This document shows positions 48,405 through 58,615 of a stretch of DNA of 64,000 nt, in pieces. The position numbers and the translations under genes were made by a program. Positions within the stretch are counted from its first letter, which is position 1, and each line of letters begins with the position of its first letter. The notes under the pieces are model-generated. The model searched no databases. It was not told where the DNA came from and worked only from the letters and a program-made list of their open reading frames with translations. The DNA is from an uncultured archaeon (GTDB lineage: Archaea; Asgardarchaeota; Lokiarchaeia; Sigyniarchaeales; SOKP01): assembly GCA_964632315.1 (NCBI GenBank), contig CAZWEM010000015.1, forward strand, positions 20,521-84,520, written 5' to 3'.

Positions 48405-48511
48405 AAATTCGTATTTATGAATATGAAATTTGTAGATTATTAACCATAAATTTTAATTTTAAGAAATATCAAACTAAATAAAAAATTCTTAAATATGCGT
48501 GATGAAAGAAT

Positions 48512-49135
48512 ATGGCTGGACTAACTTATAGTGTTGCTGAATTTAATACCATTATAACCATGTTGGGATGTTTATGTGCGACAGTTCAATCCTATAGTGG
48601 CATATATGCCGCGTATTATCGGAAAAGGACGGCTACTCTTAAAACAAATGATATTTTATTTCGGGCTCACAGAGCATTCGGTAGTTTTGCTACTACGCTT
48701 TATTTTTTAGGATTGTTCGCAGGTATGGTCGGATTTTTTGGAGGTATTTTCTTCAATAATCCTCCTTTTGAAGCCACAAGTCCTAGTTATAACATACACA
48801 CGTGGCCCAGCTTTGCTGTAATCGTCGTGATCGTTTGGAAGACGTATATTTCCTATTTCAAAAAACCCTCTGTTTATAGAAAGGGGAAATGGTTAGGAAT
48901 TGCAACTTTCATTGCTTGGTCATATACATGGATAACTGCAGCGACCTCTTATTATTTAAGAACGCTTCCATCCAATCCTCAACATGAACCACCCACTTAT
49001 TTATTACCTATTGAACTTTTTTGGCTTCAAATCTTGATTCCATTTATTGTAGGTTCAATAATTGGGTATTTTGTGTTAAGAAAAGCACATAAAATCGAAA
49101 AGAAGAAACAAGAAAAACTTGAGATTAATATATAG
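48512..49135 (+). CDS. Multi-pass membrane protein with conserved His residues (cytochrome b561-like)
   Basis: AHRAFG and NIHTW in TM helices; ~5 TM. Confidence 0.55.
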   Translation: MAGLTYSVAEFNTIITMLGCLCATVQSYSGIYAAYYRKRTATLKTNDILFRAHRAFGSFATTLYFLGLFAGMVGFFGGIFFNNPPFEATSPSYNIHTWPSFAVIVVIVWKTYISYFKKPSVYRKGKWLGIATFIAWSYTWITAATSYYLRTLPSNPQHEPPTYLLPIELFWLQILIPFIVGSIIGYFVLRKAHKIEKKKQEKLEINI

Positions 49136-49162
49136 TAAAAGTAAATATTTAGATGAAGGATA

Positions 49163-50176
49163 ATGAAAGAGGTATACCCTGGAATATTTCTTATAAATGA
49201 AAAGGGTTCTTTTGGTAATATAAAACCTTCAATAAATATTTACATATTCGCTGGAGAAGACGGTCTGATATTTGATGCAGGATTTGGAAATCGACGCGCT
49301 ATCAAACATTTTAAGGATGAATTCCATAAGATTAAATCACTGTATGAAAGTCAAGGACATGAATTAAATCTAACACGAATTATTCCGAGTCACTCTCATC
49401 CTGATCATTTCTCGGGTCTTAAGAAAATAAGAGAAGAATTGGGTGTAAGAGTAGTATTAACAAAAAAAACGGCAAGTATAATAAGTGACAAAAAGAGTTT
49501 CATGAACTCATTTAAAGCTGATAGCTATTCCGATTATCTGCTCGTAAAAAAAAGTTTAAGAAGTAAGATAAGGGACTTTATTGGAAATATTTTTACTCGT
49601 TTTCTCTATAAACGCATCTATGGTTTAGCTTATATTGATGATGCTGATGAAATTATAGATGATGATACAGAAATTTCCATCAACGGTGAAATCTGGAAGA
49701 TATTTCCTTCTACAGGGCATGCTATCGATCACATTTCCCTTTATAATGAAGATAAGGGAATATTATTAGGAGGGGATAATATACTTAAGTCAATAACTAC
49801 TTGGCTTGGTCCTCCAAATAGTGATATAGATGATTACATGAATACCATTAACTACATTCAAAAGCTGCCAAATTTGAATTTGATATTGCCAGCTCATGGA
49901 GATGTGATAACAAATCCAAAAGAGAGAATAAAGCAGGTTTTAGATCATCGAGAATCGAGGAGTGAACAAGTAATGGAAATAGTGAGGAATCATTCCAATG
50001 CAGGAGTTTCTCCCGATGAGATTATCGATGAACTTTATACTCATGAAAATGGAATGTTGAAAGAGATCGCTCGTGGCTGGGTCTGTTTAACGTTAAAAAT
50101 GTTCGAGGATCAAGGAGTCATTAGGCGAGAAGAAAGTGAGAAAGTGATAAAATTTTTTCCTATCAATAAACTATAA
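49163..50176 (+). CDS. Metallo-beta-lactamase fold hydrolase with C-terminal wHTH
   Basis: SHSHPDHFSG, GHAIDH, GGD, PAHG. Confidence 0.9.
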   Translation: MKEVYPGIFLINEKGSFGNIKPSINIYIFAGEDGLIFDAGFGNRRAIKHFKDEFHKIKSLYESQGHELNLTRIIPSHSHPDHFSGLKKIREELGVRVVLTKKTASIISDKKSFMNSFKADSYSDYLLVKKSLRSKIRDFIGNIFTRFLYKRIYGLAYIDDADEIIDDDTEISINGEIWKIFPSTGHAIDHISLYNEDKGILLGGDNILKSITTWLGPPNSDIDDYMNTINYIQKLPNLNLILPAHGDVITNPKERIKQVLDHRESRSEQVMEIVRNHSNAGVSPDEIIDELYTHENGMLKEIARGWVCLTLKMFEDQGVIRREESEKVIKFFPINKL

Positions 50177-50232
50177 TTAATTTCTATAATTCTGCTTCTT
50201 AGAATTCACTAAAGAATGTAAGAGGGATATAT

Positions 50233-51609
50233 TTGAAAATTACAATGATTGGTGCGGGAAGTGTTGTGTTTGGGGAAAATATATTAACTGACATTTTAAC
50301 CCATCCTGCGTTAAGAGAAGATTCTATTATATGCTTGGAAGATATTGACCGCAATCGCTTGGATTTAATGTATAGAATGATGCTTAAGTATAAAGAATTA
50401 AATCCAGAGAAATTAGAAGGCGTCTCATTTGAAAAAACGACAGATCTCAAAAAGAGCATAACAGATGCAAAGTATGTAATTAGTTCGATACATGTTGGAG
50501 GGTTGGATGCATTCAAATACGACATTGAAATTCCCTATAAATATGGGGTAACTCAATGTGTTGGAGACACGCTTGGACCTGGAGGTGTATTTCGTTTTTT
50601 ACGACAATCTACTGCTCTTAAAAAAATAATCGAATTTATCGAAGAAGTGGGATATCTACCTGAAAAGGATACATCCAAACCGGTGTTTCTTAACTACGCG
50701 AACCCGATGGCCATGAACACGTGGTATTGCAATTCCCTTTCACCAGATTCTACCATAGGCCTTTGCCATGGTGTTCAAGCTACTGCAGCATTATTACGAA
50801 ATTGGATTGGTGTTAAACCACGTGATTATAGCTTTTTATGTGCTGGTATAAATCACATGGCGTGGTTTTTACAACTATGGTATAAAGAACGTGATGATCT
50901 TAATAAAGTATGGAAAAATGCCTATCCCTTGCTATTTGAGAAATTAAAAGAGAATCCAGAAATAATGGGTCCTGAAAAACTTCGTTGGGATATGATGGAA
51001 GCTACGGGTTATTTTATGACAGAATCATCTGGACATTTAAGTGAGTATTTACCCTACTATCGAAAGAGAGCTGAATTACTTGATAAATTTAAAGGTTCGG
51101 ATACTTTTCATAATAGTCTTCTGCACGGAGAAGTGTTGCGATTCGATACATTAGAAGCTGAGAGAGTTGAAAAACGTTTACACCGCATACTGAATAGGAA
51201 CAAACTAAAGTTGAAAAGTGAAGCTTCGGATGAATATTCTTCTCACATCATTAATGCTATTGAAACTAATAACCCATTTCGGTTCAATGGTAATATAGTT
51301 AATAAACAAAGTGCCTTCATCACCAATTTACCGGAAAATTGTTGCGTTGAGGTTCCAATATTTGTAGATCATCACGGAATCCATCCTCAAGGTGGAATTG
51401 AACTGCCAACAATCTGTCAAGCACTTTGCATGTCTAATATAATGGTTCAAAAAGCTGCGGTAGAAGGCGTTCTCGAATTAAATCGCGAAAAAGTTTACCA
51501 TGCCGTCTTATTGGATCCAAACACTGCAAGTATTTGTTCTCCCCGGGAAGTTCGGGATATGGTTGATGATTTATTTGAAGCAGAAAAAGAATGGCTGCCG
51601 AAATTTTAA
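50233..51609 (+). CDS. Glycoside hydrolase family 4 (alpha-galactosidase/MelA-like)
   Basis: IGAGSVVF, GDTLGPGG, NYANPM, GLCHG, GINHMAW, TESSGHLSEY. Confidence 0.93.
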   Translation: MKITMIGAGSVVFGENILTDILTHPALREDSIICLEDIDRNRLDLMYRMMLKYKELNPEKLEGVSFEKTTDLKKSITDAKYVISSIHVGGLDAFKYDIEIPYKYGVTQCVGDTLGPGGVFRFLRQSTALKKIIEFIEEVGYLPEKDTSKPVFLNYANPMAMNTWYCNSLSPDSTIGLCHGVQATAALLRNWIGVKPRDYSFLCAGINHMAWFLQLWYKERDDLNKVWKNAYPLLFEKLKENPEIMGPEKLRWDMMEATGYFMTESSGHLSEYLPYYRKRAELLDKFKGSDTFHNSLLHGEVLRFDTLEAERVEKRLHRILNRNKLKLKSEASDEYSSHIINAIETNNPFRFNGNIVNKQSAFITNLPENCCVEVPIFVDHHGIHPQGGIELPTICQALCMSNIMVQKAAVEGVLELNREKVYHAVLLDPNTASICSPREVRDMVDDLFEAEKEWLPKF

Positions 51610-51740
51610 ATACAAATATTATATAATCATATTTTCATCTTTTCTTACTTTTATAAAGCTTAACACTTAAATCAGATAAATATCTGTCAATATATTGGAT
51701 GCATTACCAATTTATTTCATATTTTTTGATTTAATATCTG

Positions 51741-51776
51741 GTGATAAATTTACTTTAAGTTTATCACTTTTTTTTT
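51741..51776 (+). terminator. Hairpin GTGATAAA..TTTATCAC followed by T-run; terminator or operator candidate
   Basis: Inverted repeat 51741-51767 immediately followed by a T-tract, between the GH4 and helicase genes. Confidence 0.4.
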
Positions 51777-51877
51777 CTAAGTTGTTAGGTTTTTAATAAT
51801 TGATTTTAAATATTTAGATACTAAAAATCTTTCAGAGTTCTTTCTTTTAAAAATTAAATAATATCTTTTAACTATAT

Positions 51878-54031
51878 ATGAAACCCGGCAATTTGGAATA
51901 TTTCAACGATCAATTCTTAAAGAAAAATCGAGTATATTTTAGACAGTATCAATACAATATTTTAAAGAAGTGTAATAATCAAAATTCTTTAGTAGTTTTA
52001 CCAACGGGTTTAGGAAAAACAATCATTGCAATATTATTGATCGTGAAAAATCTCCAAAAATATGCCGAATCTAAGATTATAATTCTCGCTCCAACACGAC
52101 CATTAATATGGCAGCATTACAATTCTTGTATTGAATTTCTTGATATCGAAGAAGATAAGATCGTACAATTTACTGGGAGAGTGGCACCCCAAAAAAGGAT
52201 AGATCTGTTTATAAAATCAAAAATTATAATCTCGACACCTCAAGTAATAAAAAACGATGTAGAGAGAGGAAGATATTTCTTAAACCATGTATCCCTCATG
52301 GTTTTTGATGAAGCTCATAAAACTAAGGGAAATTATGCGTATACGTTTCTTGCAGATGAATACATGGATAGCTGCACGGATCCTCAAATTTTGGGGCTAA
52401 CAGCTTCTCCGGGAAAAGATCTTTTGAATATTCAATTATTATGTAATAACTTATATGTTGAAAATATCGTTTTTAAATCATATCATGATAATGACGTAGC
52501 AAAATACATGTATGATATTGACACGTTAATGGAATATGTAGATCTACCCATTAAGTATTTAGAAATAAGTGCAGTTTGGTATAACTTATTCGAGAAATAT
52601 CTCAAATTTTTCCTTGAATCAAAACTCATCCCCCCGAATAAACCTTATTATTCAAAGATGGATTTTCTGGGATTATCTAGAGACCTTACAATCTCGATTA
52701 AGTACGAGAATGGAGATTATTTTGGAATCAATGAAGAAGAGTTTGAAGAAATGCTCTACTATCCATCTCCAAGGATATATGATATCGTAAAAGAAAAAAA
52801 TCTTAATATACAAACTATATTCTCTTATTGCTCGAGTTGCATTTCTATTCTCCATGGAAAGGATCTCTTAGAAACCCAAAATATCTCCCTTTTTCTCTCA
52901 TTTTTAGAAAGATTGAAGTGGAAATCAGAACAAGACATTCTTTCAGCTAAACGAATAGTCAATTCTGATCAAAATAAATATATCATGACCAATTTATGTT
53001 CCAATAATGAGTCAATCCGAAGTCATCCAAAAGTAGATAAACTACTTACAATACTCAAGGATGAGATTGAAGAGTACCAGAATAAAAAAATTTTAGTCTT
53101 TACACAATACAGGGAAATGGCCGAAGAATTAAAGAAAATTCTAAATGAAGAATTTTCAAATGAGTGCATTATTGAAAAATTTATCGGGCAATCCTCAAAA
53201 ATCGATGATTTCGGATACCCACAACAAAAACAAATTGCCTTAATCGATCAATTTAGAAATGGACAAATTAACATTTTAATTGCTACCAGTGTCGCAGAAG
53301 AGGGGCTAGATATACCTAATGTCGATGCTGTAATCTTTTATGAACCAGTTCCCTCAGAAATTCGTCTAATCCAAAGAAGAGGGAGAACCGGAAGGCACTC
53401 TCCTGGAAGATGTTACATCTTATTAACGAAAAGTACTGTTGATATTCCCTTTCAAAGAGTTGCTCAAAGAAAAGAAACCACGATGAGTTATGTCTTAAGT
53501 TCTCCAGATGAATTAGAATTGAATAAGACAATAAAGAGATCTCCAATCGACACTTCAGACTTGTTAAAAGAAGATCCTCGAATGTTTACGATTAGAAATT
53601 TTCAAGCAAGAAGGAAAAGAGAAAAACAAATTCTTATAGATAATACAATTGAAAAGATATTAGATGAAATCGATGAATTTGCTAAGAGTGAGACTTATCA
53701 GAAATTCAAGGAGTATGGAGTCACGTTTTATAGTGATCTTGTAAAATTAAACAAGAAAAAATTAAAAAAATCGCTCAATAAAACATCGAAAAAAATAAAA
53801 TCACCTGGCAAACGACCAAAACAATATTTAAATAATAATTTAAGACAACTCGTTAAAATTGCGAAATTTTATAATAATAATGGTCGGTTGAAGTTTTCCA
53901 GCTTTGAAAAACTCGCTTGTGAAGAAGATATTACTGAGCGAAAATTTTATGTTCATTTTAATCACGCATGCAACCTTGGGTATCTTAAAAAAGATAAAGA
54001 AGATGTAGTTTTCTTAATGGATTGTGAATAA
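51878..54031 (+). CDS. hef: Hef/FANCM-like SF2 DEAH helicase without ERCC4 nuclease domain
   Basis: LPTGLGKT, APTRPL, DEAH, TASPG, TSVAEEGLDIP, QRRGRTGR. Confidence 0.9.
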   Translation: MKPGNLEYFNDQFLKKNRVYFRQYQYNILKKCNNQNSLVVLPTGLGKTIIAILLIVKNLQKYAESKIIILAPTRPLIWQHYNSCIEFLDIEEDKIVQFTGRVAPQKRIDLFIKSKIIISTPQVIKNDVERGRYFLNHVSLMVFDEAHKTKGNYAYTFLADEYMDSCTDPQILGLTASPGKDLLNIQLLCNNLYVENIVFKSYHDNDVAKYMYDIDTLMEYVDLPIKYLEISAVWYNLFEKYLKFFLESKLIPPNKPYYSKMDFLGLSRDLTISIKYENGDYFGINEEEFEEMLYYPSPRIYDIVKEKNLNIQTIFSYCSSCISILHGKDLLETQNISLFLSFLERLKWKSEQDILSAKRIVNSDQNKYIMTNLCSNNESIRSHPKVDKLLTILKDEIEEYQNKKILVFTQYREMAEELKKILNEEFSNECIIEKFIGQSSKIDDFGYPQQKQIALIDQFRNGQINILIATSVAEEGLDIPNVDAVIFYEPVPSEIRLIQRRGRTGRHSPGRCYILLTKSTVDIPFQRVAQRKETTMSYVLSSPDELELNKTIKRSPIDTSDLLKEDPRMFTIRNFQARRKREKQILIDNTIEKILDEIDEFAKSETYQKFKEYGVTFYSDLVKLNKKKLKKSLNKTSKKIKSPGKRPKQYLNNNLRQLVKIAKFYNNNGRLKFSSFEKLACEEDITERKFYVHFNHACNLGYLKKDKEDVVFLMDCE

Positions 54032-54038
54032 AGAAAAA

Positions 54039-57000
54039 TTATGAAATTTTTTCTTCCTTTTTCTTTTTAAATAGAAGATAAGTGAGTAGTATAAATGCTA
54101 TTATAAGAGCAATTATAAAGATGGACGGATTTTGACCTGTCATCATAAAAATATAATAAGAAATGGCAAACAATGAAGCGAAAAAGCTTAAAATTCTCCC
54201 ATACTGTCCAACAAAAATTTTCATGCGACTCATAATCCTCTGAAGCCTAAAATTCATCTTATTCATGACTTCTAATTCTTCTTCATTAAGTTGTTCTAAA
54301 GCCTTTGGATCTTCGTAATAGATCCCTAATCGAGGATCGTATACTCCTTTAAGTTTTCCTGAGCTAATCAAGGAAATCAAGTATTTTTGTATTTTTTGTT
54401 TCTTAATTTTTAATTCACTTTGTAGAAAACTTACCGTTAACATTTTGAATGCAATTGCTTTAATTGCCATTTGAACATATGCTTGAAGAATTTGCTCTTC
54501 AGAAGATTTTACTTTCTCAATAACAATCTCTTTGAATTCTTTAATAAATAATTCGAAATTCTTTATTAGATGCTTATTTTTAGTTTCAAAATTGTTTGAA
54601 AATTTGTTAAACTCTCGTATACTATAATTTATCTTTTTATTTGATTCTTTAATTGCAACTTCAATGTCTTTTTCTCTTTTTTTTATTTTTACAAATGCTT
54701 TCTTGAATTGTTCCGTTTCGATATAATCTTCTACTCGTGATTGTAGAGTTCCTAATAGTTGACTTAAATGAACTTTTTCTTTGTTTATCCTTTCCAATAA
54801 TTCAGAACGATAAGTTTCAAACTTTAATGTATCTATCCTAAGATCTATTTGCTTTACTAATTTTTCATAAATTTTATTAAAATCTTGTTTTTTCTTTACA
54901 TAGTATTCTCTTATCTCAGTTTCAAATTTTTGAATTTCATTCGTTTTATTAAATCTAATTCTAAGTTCTTCTTCTATTTTCTCTTGAGTATTTGCTATGA
55001 GATGCTCAACTCTTTCTTTCCTTGTCTTGAATGACTCAAATAATTTCTGATAAGAGTTTGTTTTACTTGAATCCTCTAGGAATTTTTGCAATGATTTCTT
55101 TAATGAGATCTCAAGGGCATCAAATTCGTTATCTATAAAATTGACTAATTCTAAGAATAAATATAAATTTGCTTCTATTTCTTTTACAGCAACTTTATTT
55201 ATTTTGAGTGTATTGCTGAGTTGATGCTGTAACTCTTTAATTTCAAGTCTTTCTGAATCTATTGAAAGATGTTCGACTCTTCTCTTAAAATCTTCCATTA
55301 ATCTATTATCAAATCCAGAAAAGTCGGAAATTCTATTTTGAATTTCAAGTAAATTTGTTCTTAAAGTTCTTTTTTTAATACAAGAATCGTGGAGTGCAAG
55401 AAATTTCCCAATTGATTCTTGAACATTTTTTAGCAGTTTCTTTTCAACAAAATTTCTTAATTCTTTGAATTTATAATAATTTTCTGTAAAAACGATAATT
55501 TGTTTCTCTCCCTCAATCAATTCCGCTTGTAATTTAGAAACTTCTATTAAATCTCTGATTCTGGGGATTATGTATTTACATTTTAAATCTATTCGGTCAG
55601 ATAACTCTTTTATACTAATTTTATCACTTTTAGTCTCGTTTGTTAGAACTGAAATTTCATCTGCTATGATTTGATTTATACTCTTTTCTCGTAATTCTTT
55701 TATATCATTCAGATATGATTCTTTAAATTTTGCCCATTGGATGATATTTATCGAACTATCATCAAATCCATCAATTATATTTTCAAGATTTTTGACTTTC
55801 TTCGAAAACTTCTTATCAACAATTTCAAAATCGTTAATCATTTTTTCAATTTCGCTTGTTACTTCATCTATACTCTTTTTCTTTGCCTGAATTAATGTGA
55901 TATCAAATTCTGATATTCTATTTTTAAATGATTGAACATTTTTTGAGATAAACTTGTCAAGGTCCTCTATCTTAACCCGATTTCTCTCTTCAACAACATT
56001 TTCTTGTAAAGACTGCCGTTCCTGCGCAATCATTTCAAGCAGATCTTCATCAACTTTTTCAATCATATCTTCTAAATGACGATATAAAGAGATTAATTTT
56101 TGACGATTCTTAATCTCCTTTTTTATAATCGTATTTAACTCCTGAATTTCCTTTCTTTCTTTTTCAAAAAGTTGATCAGATAGCATTTTAATTGCTTCTG
56201 AGGCTTGTTTAAACTTATTATCATTAATTAATGTCTCAGTATTATCTCTAATATCATTTATTTCATTTTTAGTATTTTGACTTATCAGAACTATTTTTTC
56301 TCTAGATTCATTAAAGAATTGGAAACCTGATGCGTAGTAACTAAAAGAGGAATCAAAATTCGATTTGATTTTTAACCAATTATCAATAACTGCCTTGTGT
56401 TTCTTAGTTATTTTTTTATCTTTAGATGTAATTTGCTGGGATACTTTATATATTGTCTGATCATAGGTATTGATTTTTTGGGAAATTTTCATCAAATTGC
56501 TTGTTATCAAATCAAATTTGGAGTCATCATAGCTAGATTCGAATAATTTAATTATATCATTTCCGAAAGAACTCAATTTCTTTTTTACATTCTCTTCCAA
56601 TTCAATAATCTTAGACTCTAATTCATCCAAAATCAAATGAAAGTTTCTTAATTCTTCTTTAGCATTGATTCTTTCTAGCAAGTAATTCTCAGTCTCAGCT
56701 AATCTTCTTTGTAAGGCAGAGTATAACTTGTTCCAAGTTGAAATTTCATTATTAAGTGAAGCTTGAAGATTTATGTATGTAAGATTTTCATTAAATGAAT
56801 TCTCTATATTTTCATTTAAAAAGTCAGCTTCCATCAAGCTATCTCTTATTAAATACTTTAAACGCTGACGGGCATAGTTTATTTCATCAATTAGCAGGTA
56901 AGATTCGATTTCCTCCTTTATATTCTTTATAGTGATATTTAATTCTAATGTCATGTTAAAGATATCATTTTTAATGTCCTCTAACTTTAGTTTTTCTTCA

Positions 57001-58490
57001 TAAATTTTCTCAGTATTGATTAAAGTATCTGAAATTATAATCTTTTCAAGGATGAAATCTAAGTAAAAATAATACTTTGTTTTTAACGTAAATCCTCTTT
57101 TTGTTCTAATATTTCCTTTGAAGAAATTTTTATCAATTAAATTATTGATAATTGGAATTATATCTTCTCGTAGTTTGAGGCTTTCATTTTTTCTCTTCAT
57201 CTTTTTGTATATATCTGATAAAGATACTATACTATTATCGTGAATTTGTTTATAGAATTCTCTCATGTATAATTTTTCTCTTTCTCCCAATCTGGAGAGG
57301 AAAATTTGAAATTCAGTATCATTATTGATTATTTTTAGGTTAAAAGTATAACTAAGGTTCAGATATAAAATTATTTCATCAATTCCATGAACTAAACCAA
57401 ATGAATTTTCAAGTTGCTTAACATCAATATATTCCTGTCTTTCTAATTGATTAAATAGTAATCTTTCAATGTGTTCAATAAATTTCTTCCAGATCACGCA
57501 TAAGATGATAATTAATTTAGAAATTTGGGGAAGGTATTTACTTAAGTTTGTGACATTATCTACCAATATATCTTGTAACTTCTTATTTATAAATGAATAA
57601 ATTCCAACTGGATTATAATCCAATAACCAAGAATATGCTTCTAAAACATTTACAGCCCAGAAAGTTTCATCAATCTGGCTGTCTCCTTTTTCTAAACTGA
57701 AACCACCGTCATCTTTCTGATTCTGAAGTAGAAAATCCAAATCCTTATCTCTTATTTCAGAGTCTAAATCGAGATATTTCAAGCACAAAAATTTAGTAGA
57801 GATATTCGAATCTTTTTTGAGATCTTTGATTATATTACGGTATTGATCTTGGTAGATTCGCACGTCAATTCCTATTAATGTGAAGATCTCAAAAACAAAG
57901 AATATTGTCTTTGAATACTCTTCCTTCTTGTGGCAATTTTTTTCTAAACAATGTAAATACTTATCATTTTTCTTATGAGCATTAATAAAATTTATCAACT
58001 TTCTCTCCCAAGTATCATTTAACTTTGTCAATCTATATTCTTTCAAGTTTCCTGACAAATTTAAACATGAAATTGCATAATAAGTGGACCAGATACTAGG
58101 TAATTTATCTGAATCAGGAGAAATTTTAAAAGCTAGTTGATCTCGTTCTATATATTCTACTTCACAATTTTTTATAAACTCATAGATTGCATCTTTATTG
58201 TCATCCAATTTTTCTCTTAAATACTTCTTCATCAAAAGATACCAATATAAGTCTTTTAAAGTAAATTTGGAATCGAGAAATATAGTTTCCTTTAAAGAGC
58301 TAATAAAGTCTTTGATTTTGTCGTATTCCTTTAAATAAAAACTCTTTACATTTTTGCTTGGAACTAAAGAAAATGACTTATAAGGTTCTTTTTTAAACTC
58401 TGTTATGTAAGGATAAGCAAATTTCTCTTCAACATTTGTCAATAATCGTAACCCACGAGTTATTTTTGATACTAATGAAAATAAGACCAT
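54039..58490 (-). CDS. 1483-aa protein: prenyltransferase/squalene-oxidase-repeat-like N-terminus, long coiled coils, wH/PCI-like domains, two C-terminal TM helices
   Basis: FLLQNQKDDGGF...ETFWAV and STYYAISCL repeats; heptad K/E-rich middle; LISSGKLKGVYD; C-terminal TM hairpin plus KKKK. Confidence 0.65.
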   Translation of the reverse strand: MVLFSLVSKITRGLRLLTNVEEKFAYPYITEFKKEPYKSFSLVPSKNVKSFYLKEYDKIKDFISSLKETIFLDSKFTLKDLYWYLLMKKYLREKLDDNKDAIYEFIKNCEVEYIERDQLAFKISPDSDKLPSIWSTYYAISCLNLSGNLKEYRLTKLNDTWERKLINFINAHKKNDKYLHCLEKNCHKKEEYSKTIFFVFEIFTLIGIDVRIYQDQYRNIIKDLKKDSNISTKFLCLKYLDLDSEIRDKDLDFLLQNQKDDGGFSLEKGDSQIDETFWAVNVLEAYSWLLDYNPVGIYSFINKKLQDILVDNVTNLSKYLPQISKLIIILCVIWKKFIEHIERLLFNQLERQEYIDVKQLENSFGLVHGIDEIILYLNLSYTFNLKIINNDTEFQIFLSRLGEREKLYMREFYKQIHDNSIVSLSDIYKKMKRKNESLKLREDIIPIINNLIDKNFFKGNIRTKRGFTLKTKYYFYLDFILEKIIISDTLINTEKIYEEKLKLEDIKNDIFNMTLELNITIKNIKEEIESYLLIDEINYARQRLKYLIRDSLMEADFLNENIENSFNENLTYINLQASLNNEISTWNKLYSALQRRLAETENYLLERINAKEELRNFHLILDELESKIIELEENVKKKLSSFGNDIIKLFESSYDDSKFDLITSNLMKISQKINTYDQTIYKVSQQITSKDKKITKKHKAVIDNWLKIKSNFDSSFSYYASGFQFFNESREKIVLISQNTKNEINDIRDNTETLINDNKFKQASEAIKMLSDQLFEKERKEIQELNTIIKKEIKNRQKLISLYRHLEDMIEKVDEDLLEMIAQERQSLQENVVEERNRVKIEDLDKFISKNVQSFKNRISEFDITLIQAKKKSIDEVTSEIEKMINDFEIVDKKFSKKVKNLENIIDGFDDSSINIIQWAKFKESYLNDIKELREKSINQIIADEISVLTNETKSDKISIKELSDRIDLKCKYIIPRIRDLIEVSKLQAELIEGEKQIIVFTENYYKFKELRNFVEKKLLKNVQESIGKFLALHDSCIKKRTLRTNLLEIQNRISDFSGFDNRLMEDFKRRVEHLSIDSERLEIKELQHQLSNTLKINKVAVKEIEANLYLFLELVNFIDNEFDALEISLKKSLQKFLEDSSKTNSYQKLFESFKTRKERVEHLIANTQEKIEEELRIRFNKTNEIQKFETEIREYYVKKKQDFNKIYEKLVKQIDLRIDTLKFETYRSELLERINKEKVHLSQLLGTLQSRVEDYIETEQFKKAFVKIKKREKDIEVAIKESNKKINYSIREFNKFSNNFETKNKHLIKNFELFIKEFKEIVIEKVKSSEEQILQAYVQMAIKAIAFKMLTVSFLQSELKIKKQKIQKYLISLISSGKLKGVYDPRLGIYYEDPKALEQLNEEELEVMNKMNFRLQRIMSRMKIFVGQYGRILSFFASLFAISYYIFMMTGQNPSIFIIALIIAFILLTYLLFKKKKEEKIS

Positions 58491-58615
58491 TTATTTTTTT
58501 GTACTTGAATAACAAATCATATTTTTTTCAATCAAAAAAATTCCAATAACTCTTTAATTTTCATAATTTCAATTAAATAATATATCTGAAAAATTATATT
58601 CTTCTCATACTCAAA

